A stretch of DNA of 64,000 bases from Barthelona sp. PCE (lineage: Eukaryota), in contig JAUFOR010000002.1 of the NCBI GenBank assembly GCA_040285745.1, positions 682,001 to 746,000 of the forward strand. Direction: 5' to 3'. The notes beneath the pieces are model-generated. The model had not been told where the DNA came from. It saw only the letters and a list, made by a program, of their open reading frames with translations, and did not search any database. The position numbers were made by a program, and so were the translations under genes. Positions 28,912 through 39,800 of this stretch are shown piece after piece; within the stretch, counting starts at the first letter, position 1; each line of letters opens with the position of its first letter.

Positions 28912-29526
28912 TTAGAGCAAGAATTGAACTATTAGCACGATCAATATGCACAGAAGCACAAACTTTAGCATTTTACGGCGTAAAGAACTAACTGTGGAAG
29001 GATTTTTCATTGCAATAGAAAGATTCTCATTTTCTTTAAACTCTGGATCAGTAATCTTTATGAGTTCGTGTAGTTTTTTGCTGCACTCCTCACAGTAAAA
29101 GTGGTGGCTTCTGTTTGCTAATCGTTTCCTTACATCTGAGCTGGAATGAAGGTATCCAACAGCACCTATTCCACTATCATCAACCATAAATGATCTTAAC
29201 CCCACAAGAATGTTGCGCAAGTTCCATGTAGGATTCCACTCCTCAGGGTGAAAACCTGTGTTGCTCATGCAAATCCTGGAATTTGTCTCCCAACGACCAC
29301 TCTCACTCAGCAGATATATTTCAACTGGTTTGAGGGGGTATGATGGTGGAACAGATATTCTGCCGTGGTATAAGCCACCATCATAGTCTGTTTCTTCAAG
29401 TCCCTTGAATGTGAAATGCCAATCGAAGAGATTGCCATTGCATGGTTCAATGTGAAAATCTGTTACTGGATTCGCTTTTAGCTCCTGCCATTCGGCCATG
29501 AGCCGCCTCTTTGCAACCTGTGACAT
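28912..29526 (-). CDS. UBC6: Tail-anchored ubiquitin-conjugating enzyme Ubc6/UBE2J
   Basis: AKRRLMAE, WHFTFKG, YDGGLYHG, SGRWETNSRICMS.TGFHPEEWNPTW and a C-terminal TM. First ATG at 29526. Confidence 0.93.
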   Translation of the reverse strand: MSQVAKRRLMAEWQELKANPVTDFHIEPCNGNLFDWHFTFKGLEETDYDGGLYHGRISVPPSYPLKPVEIYLLSESGRWETNSRICMSNTGFHPEEWNPTWNLRNILVGLRSFMVDDSGIGAVGYLHSSSDVRKRLANRSHHFYCEECSKKLHELIKITDPEFKENENLSIAMKNPSTVSSLRRKMLKFVLLCILIVLIVQFLL

Positions 29527-29690
29527 ATTGATAAAGTGATAAGATCCGTTTACAAGCTCAGATAATTCCACACCGTATTGTGTGAGGTTTGATGGCTCAC
29601 AGGTTCAACTAGGTGTTAGTATTGATTTCATATGCATGGATATAAAGAATGTGCATACATTCTGTTATATTTATTATCTCCTTCTTTAAT

Positions 29691-30413
29691 ATGGACGAGT
29701 GGGAAGAGAGAAGAGCATTGCAGCACGACCTGGCTCGACGGGCCATCATTGCAGATGAAGAGGGTGCTGAATACAGATATATTGGGGGACTTGACATTTC
29801 CTTTTCCCCAAAGTACCCTACAAAGGGATTCGCGGCGCTTTCAATCTACGACATGACAATCAAGAAGATCATCTATGTTGTTAGCCTTGAAGTAGATGAA
29901 GATCTGGAATATAGATCGGGTTTCCTCGCTTTCAGAGAGGTGGACCCTTATTACAGATTGGTTGAGAAGCTTCGCGAGGAAAGACCAGACCTGGAGCCGG
30001 ACCTCCTCCTAGTGGACGGTAATGGTGTCTATCACATGTTGCATTGCGGAAGCGCCACACATTTAGGTGTCCAATACGACTTGAAAACAACTGGTGTCGC
30101 TAAGAACATGCTCCTATACGATAACTTCGACGTTGAGCTGCGTAACAAGGCGAAGACACTTGTCACGGATGAAAACCCAGTGTATGATATGATTGAATCA
30201 GACGGTTTCTTTGCTGGCTGCATAGTTAAGGCCACGCGCGCATCGTCCAAGCCCATATATGTGTCTGGTGGGCACCGTATCTCACACGAAAAGAGCTGTG
30301 AGATTGTCTTAGCTTGCTGCAATCATCGAGTTCCTGAACCTATAAGATCAAGCGATTTGAAGACTAGAGAGATGATTTCGTCTTGGGAGATTGACCACGA
30401 TTACGAAAGCTAA
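29691..30413 (+). CDS. ENDOV: Endonuclease V
   Basis: GGLDISF, YRSGFLAFRE, LLVDGNG, GVAKN, PIYVSGGH, RVPEPIR. Confidence 0.95.
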   Translation: MDEWEERRALQHDLARRAIIADEEGAEYRYIGGLDISFSPKYPTKGFAALSIYDMTIKKIIYVVSLEVDEDLEYRSGFLAFREVDPYYRLVEKLREERPDLEPDLLLVDGNGVYHMLHCGSATHLGVQYDLKTTGVAKNMLLYDNFDVELRNKAKTLVTDENPVYDMIESDGFFAGCIVKATRASSKPIYVSGGHRISHEKSCEIVLACCNHRVPEPIRSSDLKTREMISSWEIDHDYES

Positions 30414-30829
30414 TCACTCTTGCTCGTAAACATTGTGTGCTTTATGTGTAAAAAGATTCTTAAAACTTTTTCCTTACTTGTGAGATTATACGGGTTCAGT
30501 AGCGCTTTGCGGATTGCTATGGCGATGTGGAAGTGAAGTGGGAGCCCGTCGTTAACGTTAAGTCGCGTAAAGAAGTCGACGTAAGTCTCATCAGCATCTG
30601 CAATAATGCTTCCGTTCTTGAGTCGTTCAAGAACGATAGCGAGATGGGGTGGCTTTTCCAGGTACTGCAGATACTTGAGATAGTTCTGGACCTTCTTCTG
30701 TTGAAGTTTCCCGCTTGAGTACAGTACATCAACAAACTGCTGCTGTGTAAGGCTCTCTAAGAAGAGCAAGTCGCGGTCAAACTGCTCTTCCGGTGATAGT
30801 TGGTCAATATTGCCCTTAATTTCTTGCAT
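30410..30829 (-). CDS. MED31: Mediator subunit 31 (SOH1)-like
   Basis: FDRDLLFLESLTQQQFVDVL..G.L....NYLKYLQY..KP matches the MED31 signature NYLKYLxYW. ATG 30829 avoids overlap with DNA-PKcs. Confidence 0.72.
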   Translation of the reverse strand: MQEIKGNIDQLSPEEQFDRDLLFLESLTQQQFVDVLYSSGKLQQKKVQNYLKYLQYLEKPPHLAIVLERLKNGSIIADADETYVDFFTRLNVNDGLPLHFHIAIAIRKALLNPYNLTSKEKVLRIFLHIKHTMFTSKSD

Positions 30830-30893
30830 AATGGAAAAAAATGCAGAACGAGCTTCTTTCTGCTCATTTCCTGCACATTGTTGTTTATTATGG

Positions 30894-33800
30894 TTATACC
30901 CAAGATTTCCATCCCTCAAAGATGGTTGGGAGAATGGCACCATCACTGGCAAGATCAACAAGAACTTCTGCAATGTGGTTGCAGGACATTTGTTTTTGCA
31001 TCAGGTCCAGCTGATCCATGAGCGCAGGGATGCTGAACGTGTAGGGGTCAAAATCACCAAGGGCTGCCTTGTATAGGTTAACAAAACTGTCCCCACGAAT
31101 AGTGTTTTTCGATCCGTCCTCCGAAATGCCAAAGATACCCATCCAGAACATGCGGTCGTCCAGAATAAGTTTGTTCCACCTGTTGTCCAGCTTGAATGCT
31201 TTGATTCTGTTAATGTAATGCGTTTCAACGATCACAGGATGAACGCCTCTCATTTTCATATGGAAGACCTCTGCGTTTAAGTTGGTGAGTGTCTGGAATT
31301 GTTGTGCCTTACCTCCATCGATATTATCAAACGCAAGGGAACCAGAGTTGACGTTGAGACCGGTGATGTCCATCACCTTACTAAGCTTGGTTTTGATTGA
31401 CTCAAAGCAACTGTTGCGAACGAAGCAGTCAAATACACTGTTGATGAGTGTGCGATTACTCTGAAGCTTTTCAAACAAACTACCCTGTACTTCAACCATC
31501 AGCTCCTTTGTGCTATACGGCGCAGCCATCCCCTGCAGCATTGAAGTCAGGCGGAAGGGCACAAACTCGGGAACAGCGAGTCGGTACCGCATATCAAATG
31601 AATAGCCGAAATCAATCGGGCACGTCCGTCCTGTTGATGTGATGAGCGTGTTGTCGAGGTGGCGATCCGCTATGTTCAGTAAATATCCATACAAACAACT
31701 TGTCGAGTACGACTGGACGAAAAGCATACGCTCTGCAAAGAATTGGCGAACTGTCTGTGCCTTCTTGAGGTAGTAAGACCTTATGACGGTGCCGAACCTG
31801 GTGTTGACGAACTCCTCAAAGGCAGCACGGCGAGCAGCGGGCCCGACAGAGTGTAGTGTGACAGTATGAACATTGGGGTTAGGGGCGACATCGTCAACGT
31901 TGATATTATCAGCAGCCATTAGTAAATCCTGACGCCACTCGGAAAAATCAGTTTTGAGGTCGCTTAGCTGGTTTGACTTAACGAAACTCGACACAATCCC
32001 GCTAAAAGAAACACAGTCATCGACCCACTGGATAAAACCGACCTGATTTGTGAGAGGAACAACGTTATACGTCTCAACCCTTATGTTTTCTGGCACAAAG
32101 CTGTTGAACACATCAAACAACTGTTCTAAACGAGCATCCAGGCGCAGATCCTCAAAGTGTTTTGTCAGCAATCCCACCTTACGGTAGTCGGAAAGAACAA
32201 ATGTGATTTTGACAGGGCGCCTGATGGATGACTGCACAGCTACGTTTTGCTGGACCATTCGCACTGTTCTCTCTTTTGGAGGACCGTACTTAGCCTTATT
32301 AAAGACATCAACCACGTTCCACTCGGCGATATTCATTAGCTCAGGGCTCAACTGTGAAATCGAAGTTGTGGTCTCGGCTGGGAATTGTTTCCTAGAAAGA
32401 TCGCTCAAGCGCTGTGCAGATGTCCTTAGGCGATTGACGTGCTGTGCGAGAGGCTTGCTTCTCCACAGAACTACGTCGAACTTATCGTTGTCAACCTGTT
32501 TCCGGATGTAAGCGTTACACTTCTCTATCAATTCTAGAATGCCACCAATGATGGTGCGGAGAGGATCAATTATGGCACGGCTGACCATCCAATTCGCGCG
32601 CTGGGCACCAAAGACACTGGATAATCGCGATACATCGGGCTTAGGCTGGATAATCTCTTGATACATTGTCTGCACCAATTTACCCAAGTTCTGGATATCA
32701 TCGTAGTGCTTCAGCGCCTCCTTACCAAACTTAAACAGCTCAGAAAGACACCCCATGCAAAAAAGACCGGTATCGAGCAGGGCGAAACTGGCAAGTGTTA
32801 GATCTGATGTAACCTTGCCGCTCGCCCTGATGGTTGCAAGGAGCAGCCCGAGGTATGCCTGCTTCATAACAGTCTGACACAGATAAAGCTCTGTTGAGGA
32901 GAAGCAATCCCAGTTCTCATAAAGCGCTTTCAGTTCATCAATACTCTCACATTCGTTGACATACTGGTCTATAGCGGCCATATCGATGCCACATATGTAG
33001 TGAGGCGATGCCTCGAACTCAACGCCATCGAAAAACGGCTCCGTTACCTTGTACGACTGCCTAGTTCCGTTGATTGCGAATTGAACATGAACAGGGTATG
33101 TTTTGGCGACTTCTATGAGAATATCCACGAGGAATGTGCATATTAATGGGTTGGTGGAATGACTCACGATCTGAGAAAGCCACTGCAAGAAGAACCAATG
33201 TGGAATCTGAGTTGTGATTTTCCTCATCGACTGCACAATACTGTCGATCACAGCGCCTGCATCGTCCTGCTCCATGCGGCGGGTGCCTATCACGGCGTTT
33301 TCAAGAATGGAAAATAGTAACGGGAAGTGTGAGTGACCTTTAGTGTCTGCCGCGCACAAGGCGTTGCCGAACAAATCTAAAAGCATTGCCATGCTCTGCC
33401 CATCGAAGGTATCCTTAAGTGCATCATGTAACGCAGTGATTGCAATAAACTGATTCAACATAACGCCTTCGCCCTGGAGAGTAAGAATGGTTCTCTGCAG
33501 GTCTTCATTGGATTGCACCGACTGGAGCGTCGCCTCCACAAGCGCGTTGTGCGCAATCTGCTTAAGATACGGCTTTTCGGCGTTTTCGTATATGTGCTTG
33601 ATCATTTTGGAATTTTCAGAGCAGAGATCAAATTCGTGGTAATGAATGAGAGCAAGGCTCTTAAGCACGTCTGGGTAGTCAGCAAGAGACGTCTGAGACG
33701 CCTGTTGGATAAGGTTGAAAGCAAGATTCTGGTTTTTCGACTGAGTGCTCAACACCTGGAGTACTTCACTTCGCAGCGTGAAGTCGTCCACATGGTCAAC

Positions 33801-36800
33801 ATATGACTCCGTGGACAGCAGCATTGATCGAGCGTGTAACAGGAAGGAGAGCTGTTGTGGTGGTAATTTTGCTACCACAGAGTGGAATCTTTTCACTAGT
33901 GTTTCAACAGTACATGAACCGCGCTTTTGCTGCGAAAACAGTACGAGATCTGTCAGCAAAAGTGATGCTAGAGGACTGGTCCTGATTGTAGATACGATCT
34001 GAGGCTTTAACAAATTATTAACAGTTTGCTCCAACTTCACGTCTTGAGAGTCTAGTGCAGCAAAGAATCCCGTGAAATATGCTAAAGGCAGTCCAAAGCA
34101 CAGCTCACCACCATCAAGAGATGAGACGAATTGACGTAGCTCGTCGATTTTTTCCGAACACACAAGCGCCTGAAGCATGTGCTGTGTTCCGTATCCCTCG
34201 TGAAGGGCGTGTTGCGAAACGCTCTCTAGGTTATCCCATGAGCACATTTCAGAGCATGAACTAAGGAGGACGTGGGTGATCACCGACTTTTCAGTCGAAT
34301 TAGATTCGACGCTCTCAAGCAACTCGTTCAGTAAACGGATTGCATCGAGGTAAGAACCAGCACGGTACATGCGCACACCGCGCTGGATCTCAGAAAGAAG
34401 GCAGTCTTCCACGCGGTTGTTGAGCTGTCCGAATCCATGACGTACCAGAGGGACGATGAACTCTTCCGATGCTGTTGAGTTTCTAAATACATCAAACAGG
34501 CGTAATCTGTGCTCAAATACACAAATTATCTCAGACATCGAAGATGAAACTTTGTCCCTCATAATGTTATCAACAAAATGCAAGAATGAACTGACGTTTG
34601 TTTCGATAATATCAATATCAAGCACATCTCTGTCAAGCCCGCTTGTTGAAGCATTAACTGCAAGCTCGATGCGCTGCATAACAACACATAGAAGCTTAGA
34701 TCCTAAGTCAAAGGTAGTTGGCTGAGTGAGAATGGTTTCCAAGAGAGAAGTAAGTGCCGTGTTATGTGCCGACAATGTGTGGCGATTGACGCTTGTGATT
34801 ACCGACTCCGCGAGAGTAGAAACCCACGGCTCAAGCAAAACGTATAGAAGCTCAGCAGCAAAACTAGGATTGGTGAAACAAGCACCGAGCATGGGAATTA
34901 GCATCTGTGGCATAGAAAACGTGATCTTTGGCACATCTCTGGCTGCAACACGTCTCATATGACGCTTTCGTTTTTTCTTCATTTTGTGCATTCTTGAGAT
35001 GCTTTGTTTTCCTGAGTACCCTTTGCGTTCCTCAGGCATCGACATTTCCATCGAAAGCTCGTCGATCTGCTTCGTCACGTGCGCTGCATGGGTTTCCTGC
35101 GTTGCACGTCCCATCATTCCAAGCGTGTTCATGTTCTCGTCACCGAATAGGGATGCATCTAATGTCTGCGTGAAGGCACCTGTCTGTGTTGCTCTGACGT
35201 AACCAGCAGGCATGAATGTCGCAGTCGATAGTGAAAGATTAACATCTGAATCATCGGGTGCCAAAAACAAAAGGTCAGATGTGAAAGGTCGCTGCTCGTC
35301 AACGCACTTGAGAGTGCGCAAAAGCGTTGTAAGGAGGAATGAAAATGTTACAATGAGCTCGTCGGTTGCTGTGATGTCGTTGGTGAACAAACTCATGATT
35401 CCTGTCAACATTTCTGTAATTCTAACAACATCAAACGTTGTATCCAGGTTGAGCGGCGTTGTATCCCTGAATGCTCTCCAAAAGAAGGAAAGTATTTTCT
35501 TCTTGGTTCCCACAGAAGTTTTGTTACTGGTTCCCGCACACCCTTCTAGAAGGACATGCATCGTTTTTGTTTGTATTTCTTCATGGTGGACAAGCGAGAT
35601 TATAGCATTATACGCCTCAGTCTGTACAACTGGGCTCACAGAGGAGAAGGGAATAATTTTTTTATCAATAAACTCCAACAACGTTTCTGATGAAAGTACC
35701 TCCAACTCAAACAGTAGCGGAATACACTGACACAGAGTCTTCTGGTACGTCTCAGACTGGCGTTGAAGAAGCACAGGGAGACCGTACGTATAGTCGTCAA
35801 TGAAGCCACTAAAGGGAATGAGAGCTGTTTCATCAAGGCAGTTGTTATTCTTGCAGCACACCAGATGCTTAAGCACGTAGTACATAGTCTGAGCGGCTCG
35901 CGTCTGGAACGTAATTTGGTTTTTGTCGAGCATTGTGACAATGAACGGGAGTTGGCTGACGATTAGAGCAGGGAAGAATTTGGCGCATTCAAGCACAGCG
36001 GTTGTGTATGGGAGTTTGATGTCCCGTGTTAGAGCCTTTAATCCCTCGATATAGTTATCAACGAGCTGCAGATCGAAGAAATCTTTATCAATGATGATGA
36101 GCGCTGAGTCTACATGCGCAATCTCATCAAGCGAGAGCGTGTTCTCAATGTAAGAAGACAAGTAATAGTTCCTCAAAGCTAAGGCCATCGCACGGCTTAA
36201 TATACGCACAACAGGCGACTTCTTCGAGCGAGTCATCGAATTAACCAGAGCCTGTGCAAGCACAGCCGGCTGATAGTTATCAGTGAGCGTATCGTTGTGG
36301 TGCAGGAATCCGTGACGAAGAAGACTGGTTAGAATCACAGAACCCTTATCGCGGATGAACTCCCTATGCTCGGCAGTGTATCCGCGCTTCCTGTTCTCAA
36401 CGTCGAACAAAATCAGCGAATATACAACCTTAAGATTAGGGGTGAAGAAGTTGCGCACATGACCAAAAAGCGTGTGCACCAACTTCAAGTACCTGTCAGT
36501 GTGTTTGCTCTTGAATACGGCTTCCTTCGATAGGATCTCGACCAAGCGACGGAACAAAATTTCCAATTGGAAGGAGTCCTGTTTTGTAAAAAGTGTAGCA
36601 CCATCCTCTTCCTCTCCTGTATCAGCGCTATGCATCGTCTGTGTTTCGTGCGCCAGGGTATCGATGTAGTGCTCGTTAGGGGCAGCGGATGCTGTCTTTG
36701 TCTCTTTCTTTAGGTTATGCGACCAAAGGTTCAGTAACTTGATCGTATCAAATTGGATGTACGTAAAGCCGACGCGTAGCATCTGTAGCACCAGGTTAAA

Positions 36801-39800
36801 CTTCTCCAAGACGACAGGGGCCCACTGACGGGCCCACGGCATGAATTGAGATGGTCTGTTATGAAGCACACGAAGAATGAAAACAATTCCGCATAACGCA
36901 GAGCTATCAAGAGATTTGAAAATGTCCAAAAGACACGCCATGTACTCGGGCATAGGCGAGTCTACTGTGGCTCGGTTTGATATATCCTGATACATATCCA
37001 GAATCCCCAAGAGGTACTTCATCGAATCAAGTCTTGTAAAAGGATCGCCGCGAAGATTATTGGTGGTCTCGTCGAACGGAGACACATGCATAGTGCGACT
37101 GTATCGCTTCATCAAGTTCTCCATATCTTTTGGAGCATTTTGAGACGCATCTTCCACTGACAAGCCAAGCGAGAGCGAAGCTTCAATGGTATGCAGCAGT
37201 TGCGCCTCGCTTGCCGTCTTTGCTTCCTTGTTGATCGTGAATGTGCTCACGCTAATAACGCTATAGTCCTGACTTGTCTCTTTAAAATTACTGGTCTGGC
37301 TGTCGAAGTCAAAAGGCACAAACGGCGCAATAAAGAGCCTGGGGTCAACACGCCACTTGGCTTTGTTGACGAAAAACAGATACTCACCATACTTTGTTCG
37401 GAGCATGGCCTGGTTATCTGTAAAACGTGTGCGCAGTGAGGCTGCAAGTAACTGGACTGCAGCACTGGCAACGTATGCACCCGTGAGCCCCACAGCAGTC
37501 TTCTTCTGGGTGAGGTCCACTTCACTGCGCATGGTCCTCATCCTTTTGATTACCCAACCAGCGTATGGGTCTTTTCCGGGAGGCGCAGGACCCTTTCCAA
37601 GCTTGGGCACGACCTTGTATCTCCAGAAGTCGCATGGGATGCGTTCATACATACAAATTAAAATCTTCATATATATGTATCGACAGCCCATGGCTTGCTG
37701 ACCGTTTTCTGCGTTTGAGCTCTCAGGATCGAACTGAGCGAGATTGATAGACGTACCCTTGCTGAGTATTATGTGTTGCATCAGAATAGCAATGTGCTCA
37801 GCTAACTCTTGTAGAATCTCTTGGTCTATTTGTTCTAGGATTTTATAAAGCAGCTTTCCGATACGAATTGTGATACGAGCGTCATCTAGAGGCTCGTTGG
37901 AGTGGGATTCAAGGGCGATGTTGGTGAAATCCCGGATTAAGGTGAGGGTATCATCTAGTGTTTCGATTTTTGCACTAAATTTCCTGCCAAAACGATACAA
38001 AAGCGAAAACTGTGCCTCGGATGCCCATGCAAAATATCCAATGAACTCCTTGATTATTGAAGGAGACTTCGATTCGCTCCATAACTTGGAGATTGATAAC
38101 ACAGCGTCAACCAACTTCACCGAGTTTTGGGGTCTTATACAGTCTGAAAGGCAGAAGTAAACGCCCAACTTGTGTGTGAAACGCTTCAGTTTCTCTCCAT
38201 CAAAGTGACTTTTTGCGAGTTTAAGAGTGATATTAACAAAATCATCTAATCTTGCATTTTCGATTAAGCCATCCTCCAACATTGCAATACGGCCAGTAAC
38301 GCTCACAATGGCCTCTTGAAGCTCGATGTCGTCACCATACTCAAGAAGGGCGTTGATGACGCGGACGCCGACACCATCAGGTATGGAGAAATCTGATTCT
38401 GTCAGATACTGCCCTACAACAGCTACAACGTGTGGAACAGGTGACCCACGCTGTTTCTGATCCTTACAGTAGTGTAGAATGCTCGCAACGATGTTGACAG
38501 ATTGTGAATTGGAGAGCAGAAGTTGTAAGGAACCTGTTGTCATTAAAACACTCAGGCCTGGGTATCGTTCCATATAGAACTCGGAGTTGTGCGTAGTGAC
38601 AAAGACGTCAGGGGCCAGCGCAACGTACAGCTTAAGATACATTAGTTGATCGCGTAGTCCCATGCTTTGAAGCTGATCGAAGTTTGCGTACTTGGCCAAC
38701 CTTGTTTCGGGGAGTTCACCCTTTGTGAACTCAACGAGCTTCAGGATGAACCTCACATGTTTTCCGTCCTTGACGTTGAAAGGAACCCTGTTTAGAACGT
38801 TGAAAATAACTTCAGCTGTTGAATCCTTCAGCACTGTTGCAAAAGATAGGAGATCAGCTGTGTTGAGGTCCAGCACGGCATTGACGACTGCGAGCACTAG
38901 CTCATCATCCTCTACAAAGAGCGTGCGTATTAAAGAAGAACATTTTGCAAAAACAGGGCTGTAGTGCTTTGCCAAAGATGGCGTTTCAACCACAGCATAC
39001 AGCAGCTGCTCACCAATATCTCTGAACGGGACCATTGCTTTTTCACCAATGATAGGATCGACAAAAGGGAGCACATGCGCAATATACAATGGCTCTGCCT
39101 CATGAATGATGGATGCTATTTCGGGGTTGGTGAGAACAGACAGACGTTCTGCACGAGGAATCACCTCCCTCAGCACAAGGTATACGTACGTGTTTTGAAT
39201 GCGCTGTGTGATTTTGAACACTTTTACCAAGAATGCGTGCAGCTGTTCCTCAGAAAAAGTATTGAAGTAATGACGGATGATTCTGCCACACTTACGTATG
39301 GGCCATAGATACTGTCGACACATTGTGCGTACCATATCACTGTCACCGCCAACGTGTCTTTCAGGCAAAAGTAAATGAAGACAAGATTCGGCAATTGGAA
39401 GAACATATTCAACCGAGAGACGTTCTTCCTCTCGGAGCATTCTGAATATCTGGGAGAAAAGTGTGACTCCTGCAGAGTGGTTGAGCCCTCTTATGAGCTC
39501 AATGATGCGTTGAACAAAATCACTTATTCCCAGCATCGAATACGCACTCTCTGAAGCGTTGTTTATCTGCTTGAGACTGAACCCAAACAGCACGCTGAGG
39601 ATCTGAGACGCGACTCCCAAGGTGTTAGGGGATTCCAGCAACATGAAAAGTGTGTTTAATAGAATCTTACTTTCCTCACATCTCTTCTTGTGCAACGTGA
39701 TACTCTTCTGGTTCATAATGACAACCCACCTGATGATAGATGTTAACAAATTGAACGTACCCTGTTCTTTATCAAGACTAGCATGTCGTACAAGCATAGG

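Noticed and set aside
30830-30973. N-terminal extensions in the ORF track (MED31 into DNA-PKcs, COMMD10 into its upstream gene, and TTG/GTG starts elsewhere)
   Set aside because: Homology begins at downstream ATGs; the extensions are UTR, spacer or neighbouring CDS.
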